Shown: one piece after another, positions 25,701 to 37,700 of the stretch
Layout: every line of letters starts with the position of its first letter
Position numbering within the stretch: position 1 is the first letter of the stretch
Made by a program: the position numbers and the translations under genes
NCBI GenBank assembly: GCA_036172245.1
Contig: JAYWIR010000003.1
Span: 1,302,001-1,366,000 of the forward strand
Reading direction: 5' to 3'
Length of the DNA stretch: 64,000 nt
From: Raillietiella orientalis
Taxonomy: Eukaryota
Notes under the pieces: model-generated
Told to the model about the DNA's origin: nothing
The model's input: the letters and a program-made list of their open reading frames with translations, nothing else
Databases searched by the model: none

Positions 25701-28700
25701 AGGAATGAATCGAGGATGCTCTCACTTGTTGTACAGGACGATGTCAGGTCTCCAGATGTGCTCGGAGTTCACGTGGAGGTTGTCGATGCCACCGTAGTTC
25801 TTCGGGTTCCATCTCAGCTTGTGATCGTACCAGAACTGCAACGAAAAACAGCACGCTGTATTCACGAGAACCTATCCCGCCTGGAAAGGAAGATAGGGGT
25901 CGCGCAGGGCAACAGCACGGGTCACGGTCGAGCGAGTCGCTCCGAGAATGGAGGCGCTTCGTTGTCTCGCGCTTCATCGGGACAAAGGCGTCGCGATGCT
26001 CCACCCGGACGGAAGCGATAAGAACCCTGCGGAGGAGGTCGCATCGTGTCGGCTCGGTGAACCAGACCTAAGAGCACGGGTAGCCGATTGCCTCAGGAGT
26101 TTTCAGGACTCTTGGGGGGCATGCAACAGGATGCTGGTAAGGGAAGCTTTCGAGATCTCTCTGCGTTCGCGGCAGATTCCGAAAACCATGATAGTGGGGA
26201 CTCCAGAATGAAGATGCAGCACCACAACAGCGGCTGGCGTGGTTTCCAAGGTCCTGTTGCCTCCTGGGATCAGCTTTCTACAGTGCCGTTTCTTCGCTCA
26301 CGTTAGCAGCGCTGCGTAATTTTCCAGAAACCCGGCTATTCTTCGGGGAAGACCATCGAAGGCAGCGAGCAAGTGGTGGTCCCCACAGCTTCTCACCATC
26401 TGGCTCGATTTTCCCGACTCCATCGCCTGGAGAACCGCGACGCACAATCCACTCGCTGGCATGTAGACATTCCCCTGGGATGTTCCCAAGAGAACAGCTT
26501 TCTCTTCGTGCGCGAGCCATTAGGACTGAAGACCGCCGCCAGCGGTCTTCAGGCAGAATCGGGAATGCAAAAGCACGGCCTCAGGTAGCTGTCGGCGGAC
26601 TGGAGCTGAGCAAAGATCTGGTTGGGTTTCGGTCCACGTGGCAACGAGTCTGATGACTCCCTTTTACCCCTCCTGGCCACTGGTGATCGCAGCGCAGAGA
26701 ACTGCTCATCGCGACCCTCAAACGAAGTCACGGAAGAACATGGATCCTTGAGAAGAGATAGGGAAAAGTGCTGCCACTGCGGCGGGCTCGTCTTTCGGGA
26801 GGGAATGGCATCCCTTCCAGAGACCCCAGTGCTCTTTGCTCACCACGAATTGTCCCATCCTTGGCTCTCAAATCTTGAGGAATTCGTAAGAACAAACCAA
26901 GAAGGGAGTTTTTTTGATGGGATACTTGTGGTGCCATTTCGTATCTTCCTCTTGCTGAGGAGACAGAATGGACCACTTCACAGCGGGATTCTTGCCTCCC
27001 TTCTTTTTTAAAAAAAAGAGAAATAAAGAGAGAGAGAAAGAGAGAATGAGAGGGAAGGAAAGGGAGCGAACAAATTTCTAGGGAACCGGAGAGGTTTCCG
27101 AAAGAAGCAGTCGGAAAAATGGTTCCCGGCTAAGCACATGCTTGCGGGGCGAGTCTGGAAGTTACATCGACGTGGCGGGAAAAAGTTCCGACCTCTGGGA
27201 GGGAGAGGAACCGTTCATGAATGCCTTCTCCCGTCTCCCATTCCTCAAGTGGTGTAAGAGAAAAACCGGATCGGGGAGAACAGCCATGGAAGCTTCCCGA
27301 AAGGGCGACTTGGGGTAATTGCTGCCTGGGGTCCGTCAGCGAAGACAGCAGACCAGACAGCGGGGGAAAAGTAAATAAGAAGACGAGTCATCGTTTCAGG
27401 CTCCGGTCACGCGAGCGGCGGCGATGAAATTTTGGGGAAGCTCAAGTAACGGAAGGAACGGATTTTTCCTCTTTTGGCAACTCAGATCTGGAACACCCCT
27501 GAGCCGAAAGGCCTTGGAGATTTGGCAAGAAACGCGGCGGACCCTGACTTCAGGATGGACAAGGGGCCTCCTCTGAAAGGAGAAGTGGGCGCCCCAGGCA
27601 GAGGGGTAGGTCACTTTCAGGTTTTCCCGAGGACGGCGTTCCTCCCTGCTGGTTCAGAACGCTTTCAGGATTGAGCCCTGACTCCGGCTCTCTCGCTGGC
27701 TCTCAGCTCGAAAAGTTCCGATCCAGCCCTCCGCTGCACGCCCCGAGGGTGCTCGGAGGATTCAACGGAATAGCGTCGGTCGCGGTTCAGCGGAGGGAGG
27801 AGCACCCGACCTCCTCGAAGACTGGCGACCCTCGTTCCAAACCGATGCCTTCCAAAAAGCGAGGTTCCTTCCTTGGTCTTCCGCGCCGACTCTTCCCGCA
27901 GACGAGCGTCCAGAGATGCGTCACACCACGTGAAAGGGGATGCGCAGATCGATGGTGCTAGGGGAGGTCAACCTGGCCAAGCGAGACTATGCACGAGCTC
28001 GTGAGCCAGAGTACACTTTGCCGGAGCAGCGATGCTGGAACCGATGTTATGCAGGAGACGACCAGGATGCCTTCGATTGTAAGCGGGGAGAAGGATGACG
28101 TCATGGATAAGGAATGAATCCGAATGCTGATGGACAAATAGGTCATGGGATCGGTGCATGAGCAGAATAGAGAGGGATGTGATTATAACTGTGATTGTAC
28201 AAGGCGAGAATGGGTTGATACGAACTGATTATTGTCCAGAGGTAGAGAACTAAAAAAAAAAAAAAGAATGGAATGTGGTTGTACAAAGGAGACTATTGGG
28301 CAGCACTCCAGAGGTCACCTTTTCGACCAGACTGGTATTCCGCCCTCATGAAGAACACTGCCTGCTTTGTCCGGAACAAACGCCTCGTTTTTCCTCGCCC
28401 GTTTCCATGGAGCCTCTCCGTCCGGCCCGTGCGGCCGCTGCCGCAAGAAAGTCGGCTCCGGCGCGAAGTTCGCCGCGAAAGACTCTCAGAGATTTCAACT
28501 CATCCCTTGCGGCGCGCGGACGGCGGCGGGTGAAAGCGCGAGACGGGAAATTGCGGAACCGAGGGCGTCTAAAAGAGGGAGAGACTTTTCCTCCTCACGG
28601 GGGTGCGACGCTCTTGCATCCACAGCTGGAAAAGTTCGAGGTCACCGACCATGCAAGCGGTGGCACCCGGCTGGCAGGAGAGAGCGTGCCGGGAGTCTTC

Positions 28701-31700
28701 GCAGGTGAGCAGAAGCTCTGTGCAGGTACAGCATCCAACTGGTCCCCCTGGCAGTGTTGAGTGGACGGTCCTGAGGGGATTGTCGCTTTGGAAACGCGTC
28801 CTCCGGAGAGGACCCTCTTGATTTCGAAAGACCGGGCAAGGGAGCAAATAGGAAGGGAGTCTTCCTTGGGGAACACTCCGCAGCGACTCGCACAAGGCTT
28901 GCGCCGGCCGGAAGAAGAAAGTTCAAGAGAGAGAAGTGGGACCTTCACGAGCTGCAGCTGGTTCCGGATGTGAGAGTCGGTTTCAAGAAAGGAGGAGAGG
29001 ATCGAAGCAAAGGGACGCTGAGAAGGGCATCTCATCCGAAATGCTCAGAAGAGTAGAAGCCGGCGAGCCGCTCTGGAGACAGAACCGTGGAGTCTCTCCT
29101 CACGGTAGAACAAGCCGATCTTTGAGGCTAGGATAGGTCCATCCTGTCAAGAGAGTTTCTGAGGTTTCCAAGAAGAGGGAGATCCAAGAACCCAACTTTT
29201 TCCTATGTGCGAACATGCAAACACCCTAATATGCCCGCACAGGATCACCTTGCACTCCCACTACGAAACTTGCACTCACACTGCGCCGGGAAACGAAAGG
29301 GAATAAAGATGATATGGGACTTCCGATCACATCAAAGCTGATCGGATCGATGCATTGCTATGCATGTTGTCCGGCATCCCGCTCCGTATTGGGGATTAGG
29401 GGAATCCCTGCGAATCCCTAGTTGCGATTTCTGGGCACCAGAACGCAAACACATTGATGGCGACCGAGAGCCCTAGTGGGTTATAGCGCAACCATGCAAG
29501 GCGAGGTATGGTCTGGTATAGACCATGGCTGCCAGGGAGAAAGAAAGAGCTTTAGTGGGTTTGCGGAATAGTCAAAGGGAGATTTCTCATGCGTGGGGCG
29601 CGGTTTTGGCAAAAGACCCGAGCAGACAGCAGGAAAGAGTACCGCTTTGGAGCAGTGAGTCTGTCAGCACCCCACAGGAAAGTTCGAGACGAAGAGGCAA
29701 AAAACAAAAAAGAAAAAACAAAGATGCATACAAGAATTTCCCCTCGGCCGGACAGCACTCGATGGGTGCAGGAGTCAGCGATCTGCCTTTCCCCTTCCTT
29801 CAACCTCTGACACCACCTACCGAATTTGAGGAACACCACAAGGCTAATTTCATGGTGCCAGCCGTGAATGAGTTCATTCTGGGGAAGGGAGTGATAAATA
29901 GGAGGGAGATTAGGCTGTCAGATGGGTGTGATTAAGTGGGCTAGGTAGATTCGGTATGTGTGCTTAGATTAGGTGCGGTTAGCATAGGTAGGTGTTGGTA
30001 GATTGGTTAGATAGGCCTGGATAGGTATGTTAGGTTGTTGCCGTAGCTGTTAAGTCATGAGTGTGACGTGAAGTCGGGTTAGATGAGTTGGGTAAGGTAG
30101 GTGTGGTTAAGTAGGTTCGGTATGTGGAGGTGCATACAGTACTCTCACGAGACTCTTAGTAATTGAATGGTCTGCCTGACCGCCAGCCGCGTCAGAGTAA
30201 AGCGAACGATCCTTCTCAGCACCTGACCGCCACGTCTTAGTGGCTACGGTACTCGGAAGAGTTTCTGAGATCCCTAGGGAGAGAGTCATCATCTTTCCTT
30301 CTCTCCTTGCATGCTTGCTCATCAGATCGGAAGACTGGCGAAAGATGCAGTGGGTCCTTATTGCCCTTCGACGCTCTTTGCCGGGGCGCGCGCGCTTAAG
30401 ACAAATAACAGTCCAGGGGCAGCAAAGCTGAGCGTCTCAGAGCTTGGAACCCTCCGCGGAATCGCTGCCAACGAGACAAGGAATCCGGAGGGCGAAGAAC
30501 ATCTGGGGAAAGTGCTGCAGCTGGAGAAGGCAAATTGAGGGCGGTCAGCGAAAAGACGCGAGGATGAAGACGATCATCGATTTGAGGGCATCAGCTCATC
30601 CTTTCTTCCCGTCTGACGAGCCCGGATCATGCAGGGAATCCTCCAACTGCGGTCCGATTCGGTCCATTCTTTGGAGGAATCTTCGCGAACTGCCGTAACA
30701 CGGAGAACTACAAGCTGCTTGCCGTCCACAGCTACGGCGTGTCTTCCGCCGCGCGTCTTTCTCCTCTGATCCGCCATGTTTCTCGGGAACCGCTCTGACT
30801 GCCACATCGGCCTTTGCTGCACTTCATCTTCATGTGATCCACTGCTGATCGATTCCGTTCCTGGCGTAGCTATCCCGGCTGCAGATGCGCAAGCTAGGTA
30901 GAAAGCCACGCATAGAAGGATCATGGATATCGGTTCAGAGATGCCATGGCAAGGAAGAAAGGGAAACAATTCCTTAATCTCTTGGGAATGAAGCAAACTC
31001 TCACGTGGAAAAGATTTAGAACTTCGTCAGGTTCGTTTCCACGGCCGACATTAATGCCCTGATTAAACTCTGAGAAACCTCCGAGGTTCCGAAATATATC
31101 ACTCCCCATAAAGTGGATGGGGCTGCGGTGTAGGCGAAACCCATGAATTTTCCGTCGGAACCAACGCTTTTGGGGGTACACGGGAGCCGGTACCTATGGC
31201 TTTGGGTTTCCTGAAGCGGAGGATGAGGATGTGCAGCTGTCCAGGTTCCAAGCTCTGCCTCTGGATCGATCGAGACATCAAATGAAAAAAAGCCGTCCGC
31301 GTTGGCAACGACTGTCGCGGGTTCGAATCCCACCGTTCGAATCCTTCCCGGAAGTTGACCCCCCGAGGTCCTTCCAGGAATCAGGGAGATGGTCTCTACC
31401 GAACTTAAGAGGGACGGACTCCTTCCGGAGCCTCTCTGGATCCATAGGCGGGCCCCTACGGGGTTGCCTCCTATAACCTGAAGAGTTCGCACGCATCCTC
31501 GTGTGGTCTGTAAAGCGTTAAAGAGCTTCGTCGGTCCCTAGACGGACGGTTCCTCACCAATTTGCCAACCCCTTATTTGTTGTTCTCAGCCCATCACTTC
31601 TTCTACTGAAGGATGTAACAGATACTTTCACTTTCCTTTTCTCCTTTGTGTCGCTTTATCCACGAGGACCTTCCTACGACTTGTTAGAAGAGAAACTCAA

Positions 31701-34700
31701 TAGCGTGCGGTAGTTTACATTGCAATTTTCCACCGTCACATCGTCAAGAGAATCGACTTCTTCACTTGGGTCCTTTTTTTTTTTTTTCTGCTACGCTTTT
31801 TTCTGCAATTTTCTTTTGTTTCCTTCCTCTCGCACAGAAACAACCGGCATTTTTTTCCTCTCCCTCCCTCTGGCGAGTTACACGTGATTTGGCTTAGGGA
31901 CTCTGGTCCCTAAAAATCCACCAACCCTCTGCGAGGCGCAAAGACACCTTATTGTGAATGCAAATTTCACATCGCGAGCGGGAGGACGGAAGCAGCAAAG
32001 AAAGAAGGAAATCTTTCCCACCGGGCAGAGCTTTCCAAAGATGGCGACTGCGAATTCGCCGAGCTGGTTGCCTGACGTCATCCGTCCGCACAGCACCGGT
32101 ACGGATCGAGCGCTTCGCAGTCGGTTGCGGTGACTTCGTCTTGGCCCGTGACCCCCCCTCCCATCCCATCCCTAGCGAGGACGCCGCCACAGTTTTTCCT
32201 TAGCGAAAGAGGGGGTGCCGTTGCCGCCTTAGGCAAGGCCGGAGGCACACGAGAACGCGCGCAAGGAAGGGGGGAAGGGATTGCCGGATGACCCTTTCCT
32301 TCTTGTTTGCCTCCATTCCCCATTCCACCAAAGGCACGTGCATCCCGCGCGGCTCGGATCAGGAGAGGGGCCGAAGCCCTGAGAGTCCTTTGGTAAGGAG
32401 CAAGCGGCTGGTGCTGCGGAGCGCTCCGTCCCAGCCTTTTTCCTGGCGGGTCAGACGTGGTTTAGCATGGTCCCCGGGGCAGCCTCGGCCGACCGCACGG
32501 CTCTCGGATCGATTTCCCGCCTACGCGGGATTGGAAGACTCTCTCGGCTGGAAAGGCTGCTGCCTCACAGCGGCCGTTTTTAGGAGATGTCGGGTGACCC
32601 AAAGTCGGAGCGAGGAGGGTTGCGTTCTCATTTTCGTCCGTCCAGTCTCCAGATGGGGTGCGTTCCCTGCCGGTGCTTCGTCGACTGATCTCGCGTGGCT
32701 CCAGGGGTCGTGGAAATCCGAGATTCCCATCCGAAAGCTACAGTGTCCCCAAGTGTGCACCAAGTTCACGAAGTTGCGCTGGCAGACACGAAGAGATGAG
32801 CGGGACATCCACAGATCACGCAATAGAGAGATCGGGGTCATGACCTTGGAAGAGCTGGGATGGAGAAAACTACTATTAGCACCTTGTGTAACGAAAGATC
32901 TGTTTTGCTGTTGTTGTTCCTTCGTATCAGCTGTTGCTGCCCGCTTCCAAGTTCCAGAGAATGAAGCCCTTAAATTCGGGTACATAGAGCGATGCCAAGG
33001 AGGCGGCAGAGACAGATGGGGGGTCTTCTGGTCTGCACCGTCCTCAGCTGCCTTCAGTCCTCCCTTTGATTGGCGAACGTGTCCTCCTCTGTAGGAGGTG
33101 ACCCGTCCGGTATTCCCAGCACACATCCCGGGATACTCCGTGTTTTGGCGCTACGCCTGTTTCCTGGAACCTTCCCGCGGAAGATGACAGCGCATGAGGA
33201 AGACCGGGTCGGGCAGCACGGAAGGATCCGTGATCCGCAAGCCGAAAGCGTCGGCTGTCGAGTGGGCGATGCCCGGGTCCCGACTCGATCCCGGCATTTC
33301 CGATTTCCAGGTGTTCGGTTGTGCGTGCACTGAAGATTCCCATAGGCGCTTCAAGTGTGGGGCGCCTCAAATGCGACCCTCAGGTATCTCTCTTGGACTC
33401 GCGCCTTGCTGTCCTCCATCTTCCTCTTCCTCTTTTTTCTTTTTCTTCTTCTTCCTCAGTCCACCCTCCAAGAGCTTCTGGTGTCTCCGCTGGGTTTGTC
33501 GCACCCTCCGGCGATCTCCACAGGAGGCGTACCTCCTAGGACTCAGTCCGTCGATGGTGCCTGATCCCATCACCACACGCAACGTCCTTGGGAACGGACA
33601 TAACATCACCAGGTGTAGAACCGTTTGAACGCAACTGCCTGCGGCGAAGTTTTTGGCCTTGGCAAGAGGACCAGAGAGACCGAACTGCACAGATGACCGA
33701 TCGGTCGACCATCCGCCCATCCATTTTCTTCAGATCCGGGTTTCTTTGCCTCGTGTGGGCCTCAGCACGAGAACCGGTCGGCTGCTTCCCCACCTCCTCT
33801 TGCCGAGATGAGAATCTCCGTGCCTGCTTGGACTGCTTCTCTCGTCCCGTCACTTTGGGGCGAGCCCCCGCTTTGTCAGCAGCACCGCACGTTCGAGCTG
33901 GGCGGCAGTTCCGCCTCCTTCCTCACAAGGAAGGCGGGACGCCCGCATCGCCGGCTCACTGATCTGTGGGTCCCATTCGAGCCTCCTTCCACCGAGAGAG
34001 GTTCCGTAGGAGAAGAGGCGAGAACTTGAGTCTCTCCTCCGTTTCGGAAGGCACTGCTGGACTTGAGCTTTGGGTCGCAGGCTGCTGGATTGTTCTTGTA
34101 GGCAGTGGGGCGCAGTCTCTGCTCTGTCACACACACCCCGTGCTTCGCCAGCCGACCCCCGAACACGCCCACCTGTCCATGCCCCCCACATCTTGGACGC
34201 TTTCCACCTACTGGTCTCGGTGCCACTGGTCTCTAGGTCGAGTTCCTTGCCACCAGTATGTGAGTATTGCAACCTCCGCCTTCTGCACACGGCGTCGTTC
34301 AGTGTTGTGTGGCCGTTCCGTTCGGTAGCGCACGCGCCAAAGCAGTTTCCGATGCGTGGTGCTCCGCAGAATGGCATCTGCCTTTGGTCCAGGAGCCTTT
34401 TCCAGCTCGGAAGGCTCAGTCACGACTTCATGAACCGCCGCAGCCATGGAGCTATCGGTGCACCGCACCGCCCTCGCACTCGCCGCGCCAGAAAACGGGG
34501 AGATCGACGTCGGTCCGCTGGGATGCAGGTCGTAAAGACGGACACTTCCCTACGATCTCATTCCTCAGGCACAGCATCGCCTTTCTCAATTATCGATCCG
34601 CCACCCGCCTCACATGGGAGAGAGGCTCCGGATTTCTCCTCTGACCACGTCGAAACGCCGACTCCCGCGTGCCGTGTAACCAGGAGAAGACGAGGCGATC

Positions 34701-37700
34701 CGCGAGATGGCGAGAGCAGCTGCCGCCTGGGAAGTGTCGGGGGGTGCGTGGCTCTCCACCACGCATCCCCGCCAACCACATCGCACGCGCGGGCTACGGC
34801 AGAACCGGACGTTCCCTACCGGGGAGGGGAGGGGTTATGGGGGGGGGGGGCTCAGCCACGCAACCTGGGCGTCTGTTGCCCCGGCGGCTGCTACGGAAGC
34901 CGCCATTCGCGGCGGGTGGCGGCGGAGCGCTGTTCATCGGGCTACTCGTCACCGTCGTTCCCATGCGAACGAGCGGGTTGCTGCCGCCAACCGGGATGAC
35001 CTTGCGACGGGGTGGGGGGGTGGAAGTTTCGCCGCCGCGATGGGGAAGAGGTCCGGGCACTCGAGGAAGCGTTCCTCACGGAACAAAGGTACTGACTGGA
35101 GAGAGAGAAATGCCACGCGCTATTTCCCCTTCCCCCTCTCCCGCTGCCGCCGCAGTTTTCGTTGCCCCGTGCACCGCGAGTCGTGGGGGCGCCGCTGGCG
35201 CCCACAATCGGCTCGCCTCGCCGCGTGCGCGCACGCGAGCTCGCTTTCGCCGCCGCTCCATCGGCCGCCGCAAAATCAACACGTAAACCTGAGAGAAAGA
35301 ATGTTTGACGCAGGCTGGCGAGGACGTGTTGGGGAAGGGAGGGAAAGGGGAGGGAGGGAACGGTTGAAATCTAATAATAGATGGAGGAGGAGGAGGGGAG
35401 GTGGGGATCTGTGCGGCAGAGAAGGGAGAAATCTCACGGATCTCATAAAATCTCCTGCTGCGAACAGTCGCAGAGAAGGCATCCTGCCGCAGACGAGCGA
35501 GAAAGCGTGGAAATCTCGACGGACGGATTATCGCGCGGTTTGAGATGCAGCAGCGGAGCGACAGAATCCGAGGCACATGGGTTCCGGGAGCGCCACCTCC
35601 TTCAGGGTGCGCGTCGCTTCGTCCGGATGCTGCGAGGCGCGCGCGTGAGAACTCCGGTCCGCGCGATCCCGAAAGGACCCGCCTCTTCTTCGAAGGCTGC
35701 CAGGGTTCCCTCCTGGCTCGGGCGAGGAGATTCCCCACCGGGATCCCGAGGAGTCGTTTTCCCCGCTTTGCTTCCAGAGGGACGTCCTCTTCCCCGCTCC
35801 AGATGCATCTTCGCGCCTTCTCCGGACATTGCCGACGGGCCAGCATGCCCGAAACTGCGGTGCTCCCAGCAGACGGTCGCTCTGGAAGCCCTTCCCGCAC
35901 GGTGGACTCTGCGAAGACGACAGCGGGCGAGTGGACCTTTGCGGTCCTCTGCTGAGCAGCGCCGAGGGGGGGCGGCGAGATTGCCAATCGCCCCGCTTGC
36001 AGAGGGGCGCCCGTGCCTTCTTCACGAGGGGCCTTCCAGGCTCGCGTCGCGCCGCCCGCCTGCGCTCTTGCTGCTTCCGGAAGACTCCTTCCCCCGAAGC
36101 AGGAGAAAGGGTTTCTCCCCACCGCCGCAGTTTCCCGGGGCGACCGCCTAGAAGGGCTTCCGGCACGTCGGACCGCGCCGACAGGTGAGGACGCGACGGT
36201 GCTTGAGGAAGGGCGGCGGGCGACCGCGGAGCTGGCCGGCTCGAGGTTGCTTGCGGCCCGGCCCCCCTTTCCGAGCGGCGGCCCGGTGCACCGGCGCACG
36301 TGACGGCCGCTTGCCGCCGGTAGTCAGCAGCGCGCGTTTCCCTCGGAAAGAACGAACGGAGGGAGCGGACGAACGGCCGCCGCAGCGGCGCACCCTGCGC
36401 CGTCCAGCGGACGCTCATCCGCACGATCGGTCACCCCATTCCCACCCCCTTGCGTGCCGGCCAGAGAGAGATAGGCATCTTGGCAGGGAGGGACGCACTT
36501 CCGAACATGTAGCGTGCCGAAGATTCGAGGTACGCGGCGGTGAGGTGCGTCGGGATGCGGCGCGGTTGCCACGGAAGCTCGCGGACGCTTCCGGGATGCC
36601 TTGGCGATGAGAGGGAGGGCGACTTGGAGCGGGGCGCGGAGCTCCTGAGAGGGAGGCCGTCGAAGAGGAGCGGCTTAGGTTTCCCGGGTGCCTCTGTCGG
36701 TCCATTCCCGAAGATGAAAGGGATGAGGATGCGAAGGAGGTGCGCGCCTGCTCGCCTGCGATCCACACCGAGCCGCGCGCGCAGCAGCTCCAGCCTTGGC
36801 TCACCTGCTCCACCCACAGATTCGTCGTCATGACTTGATTCTTCAGGTTCTGAAAGCAAGAGAAATGATGACGTCACCAAGGGAAAACGCGGCGTGCGGG
36901 AGGGAAAGGGGGAGGAGGCGTCCCTGCTGATCGAAGGCCGGGAACCGGATGCGAGGGTTGCGAAGAGGAGAGGATCGCAGGGAACCGCCCGGCTAGGTCG
37001 GATCCCTGTGATCCGCGGGCCAGTCGAGCTGCGATCGCCTGAGGGCGCGCCGCCTCGGAAACGCAGGTTGCAGTGGCGAGGCAGCGCGTTCGCGGGGGCG
37101 GAGCTGCGGGAGCCGGCGGGGAGGGTGAACAGGAGAGCCTGTTCCTCCCGGCCAGGGGGGACATGGACTCCCGAATCACGTGACCACGAAGCGCGATGCT
37201 TTCCGGTCAGGTGCCAAATTCGACTATATTTCCTCACACGTAGCAATCATTTTATTTAACTCATCAACATCCAGAATAAATATCAATTTCACTCTAATAA
37301 AAGAGGACACGCATTCCTAGTACTTCTAAAATATTCGTTTAGATACGCACTTAAATATTTTTAAGAACTTTTAAATATCGCTATAAAATGAAATTTATCA
37401 ATAATTTCATACCCATAATCCCAATCAACTCCACGTAAACCTCAACACCAACCTAATCTTCCAAATTAATAAACTATCTCTTATCTAATTACACCCTCCA
37501 ACACACCCACTATATCAAAACTCATCCAATCCACATTAAAACAAACAATACATAATCATCAAACTTATTCACCAAATACATCTATAATTGAACATTACCA
37601 CAACATAAAATTCTATCTGCACATCTAAGCTTTTTTTTAGAAAAAGGGGATCGGCGTGGGAGCAGCGCGCCATTGATCGAGGCGATCCGATGCCCGCCAG

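Noticed and set aside
30574..30996. ORF with a signal-peptide-like stretch ([17 protein letters not shown]) as a nested gene
   Set aside because: No recognisable domain or supporting exon structure; lies among decayed repeat-like sequence.
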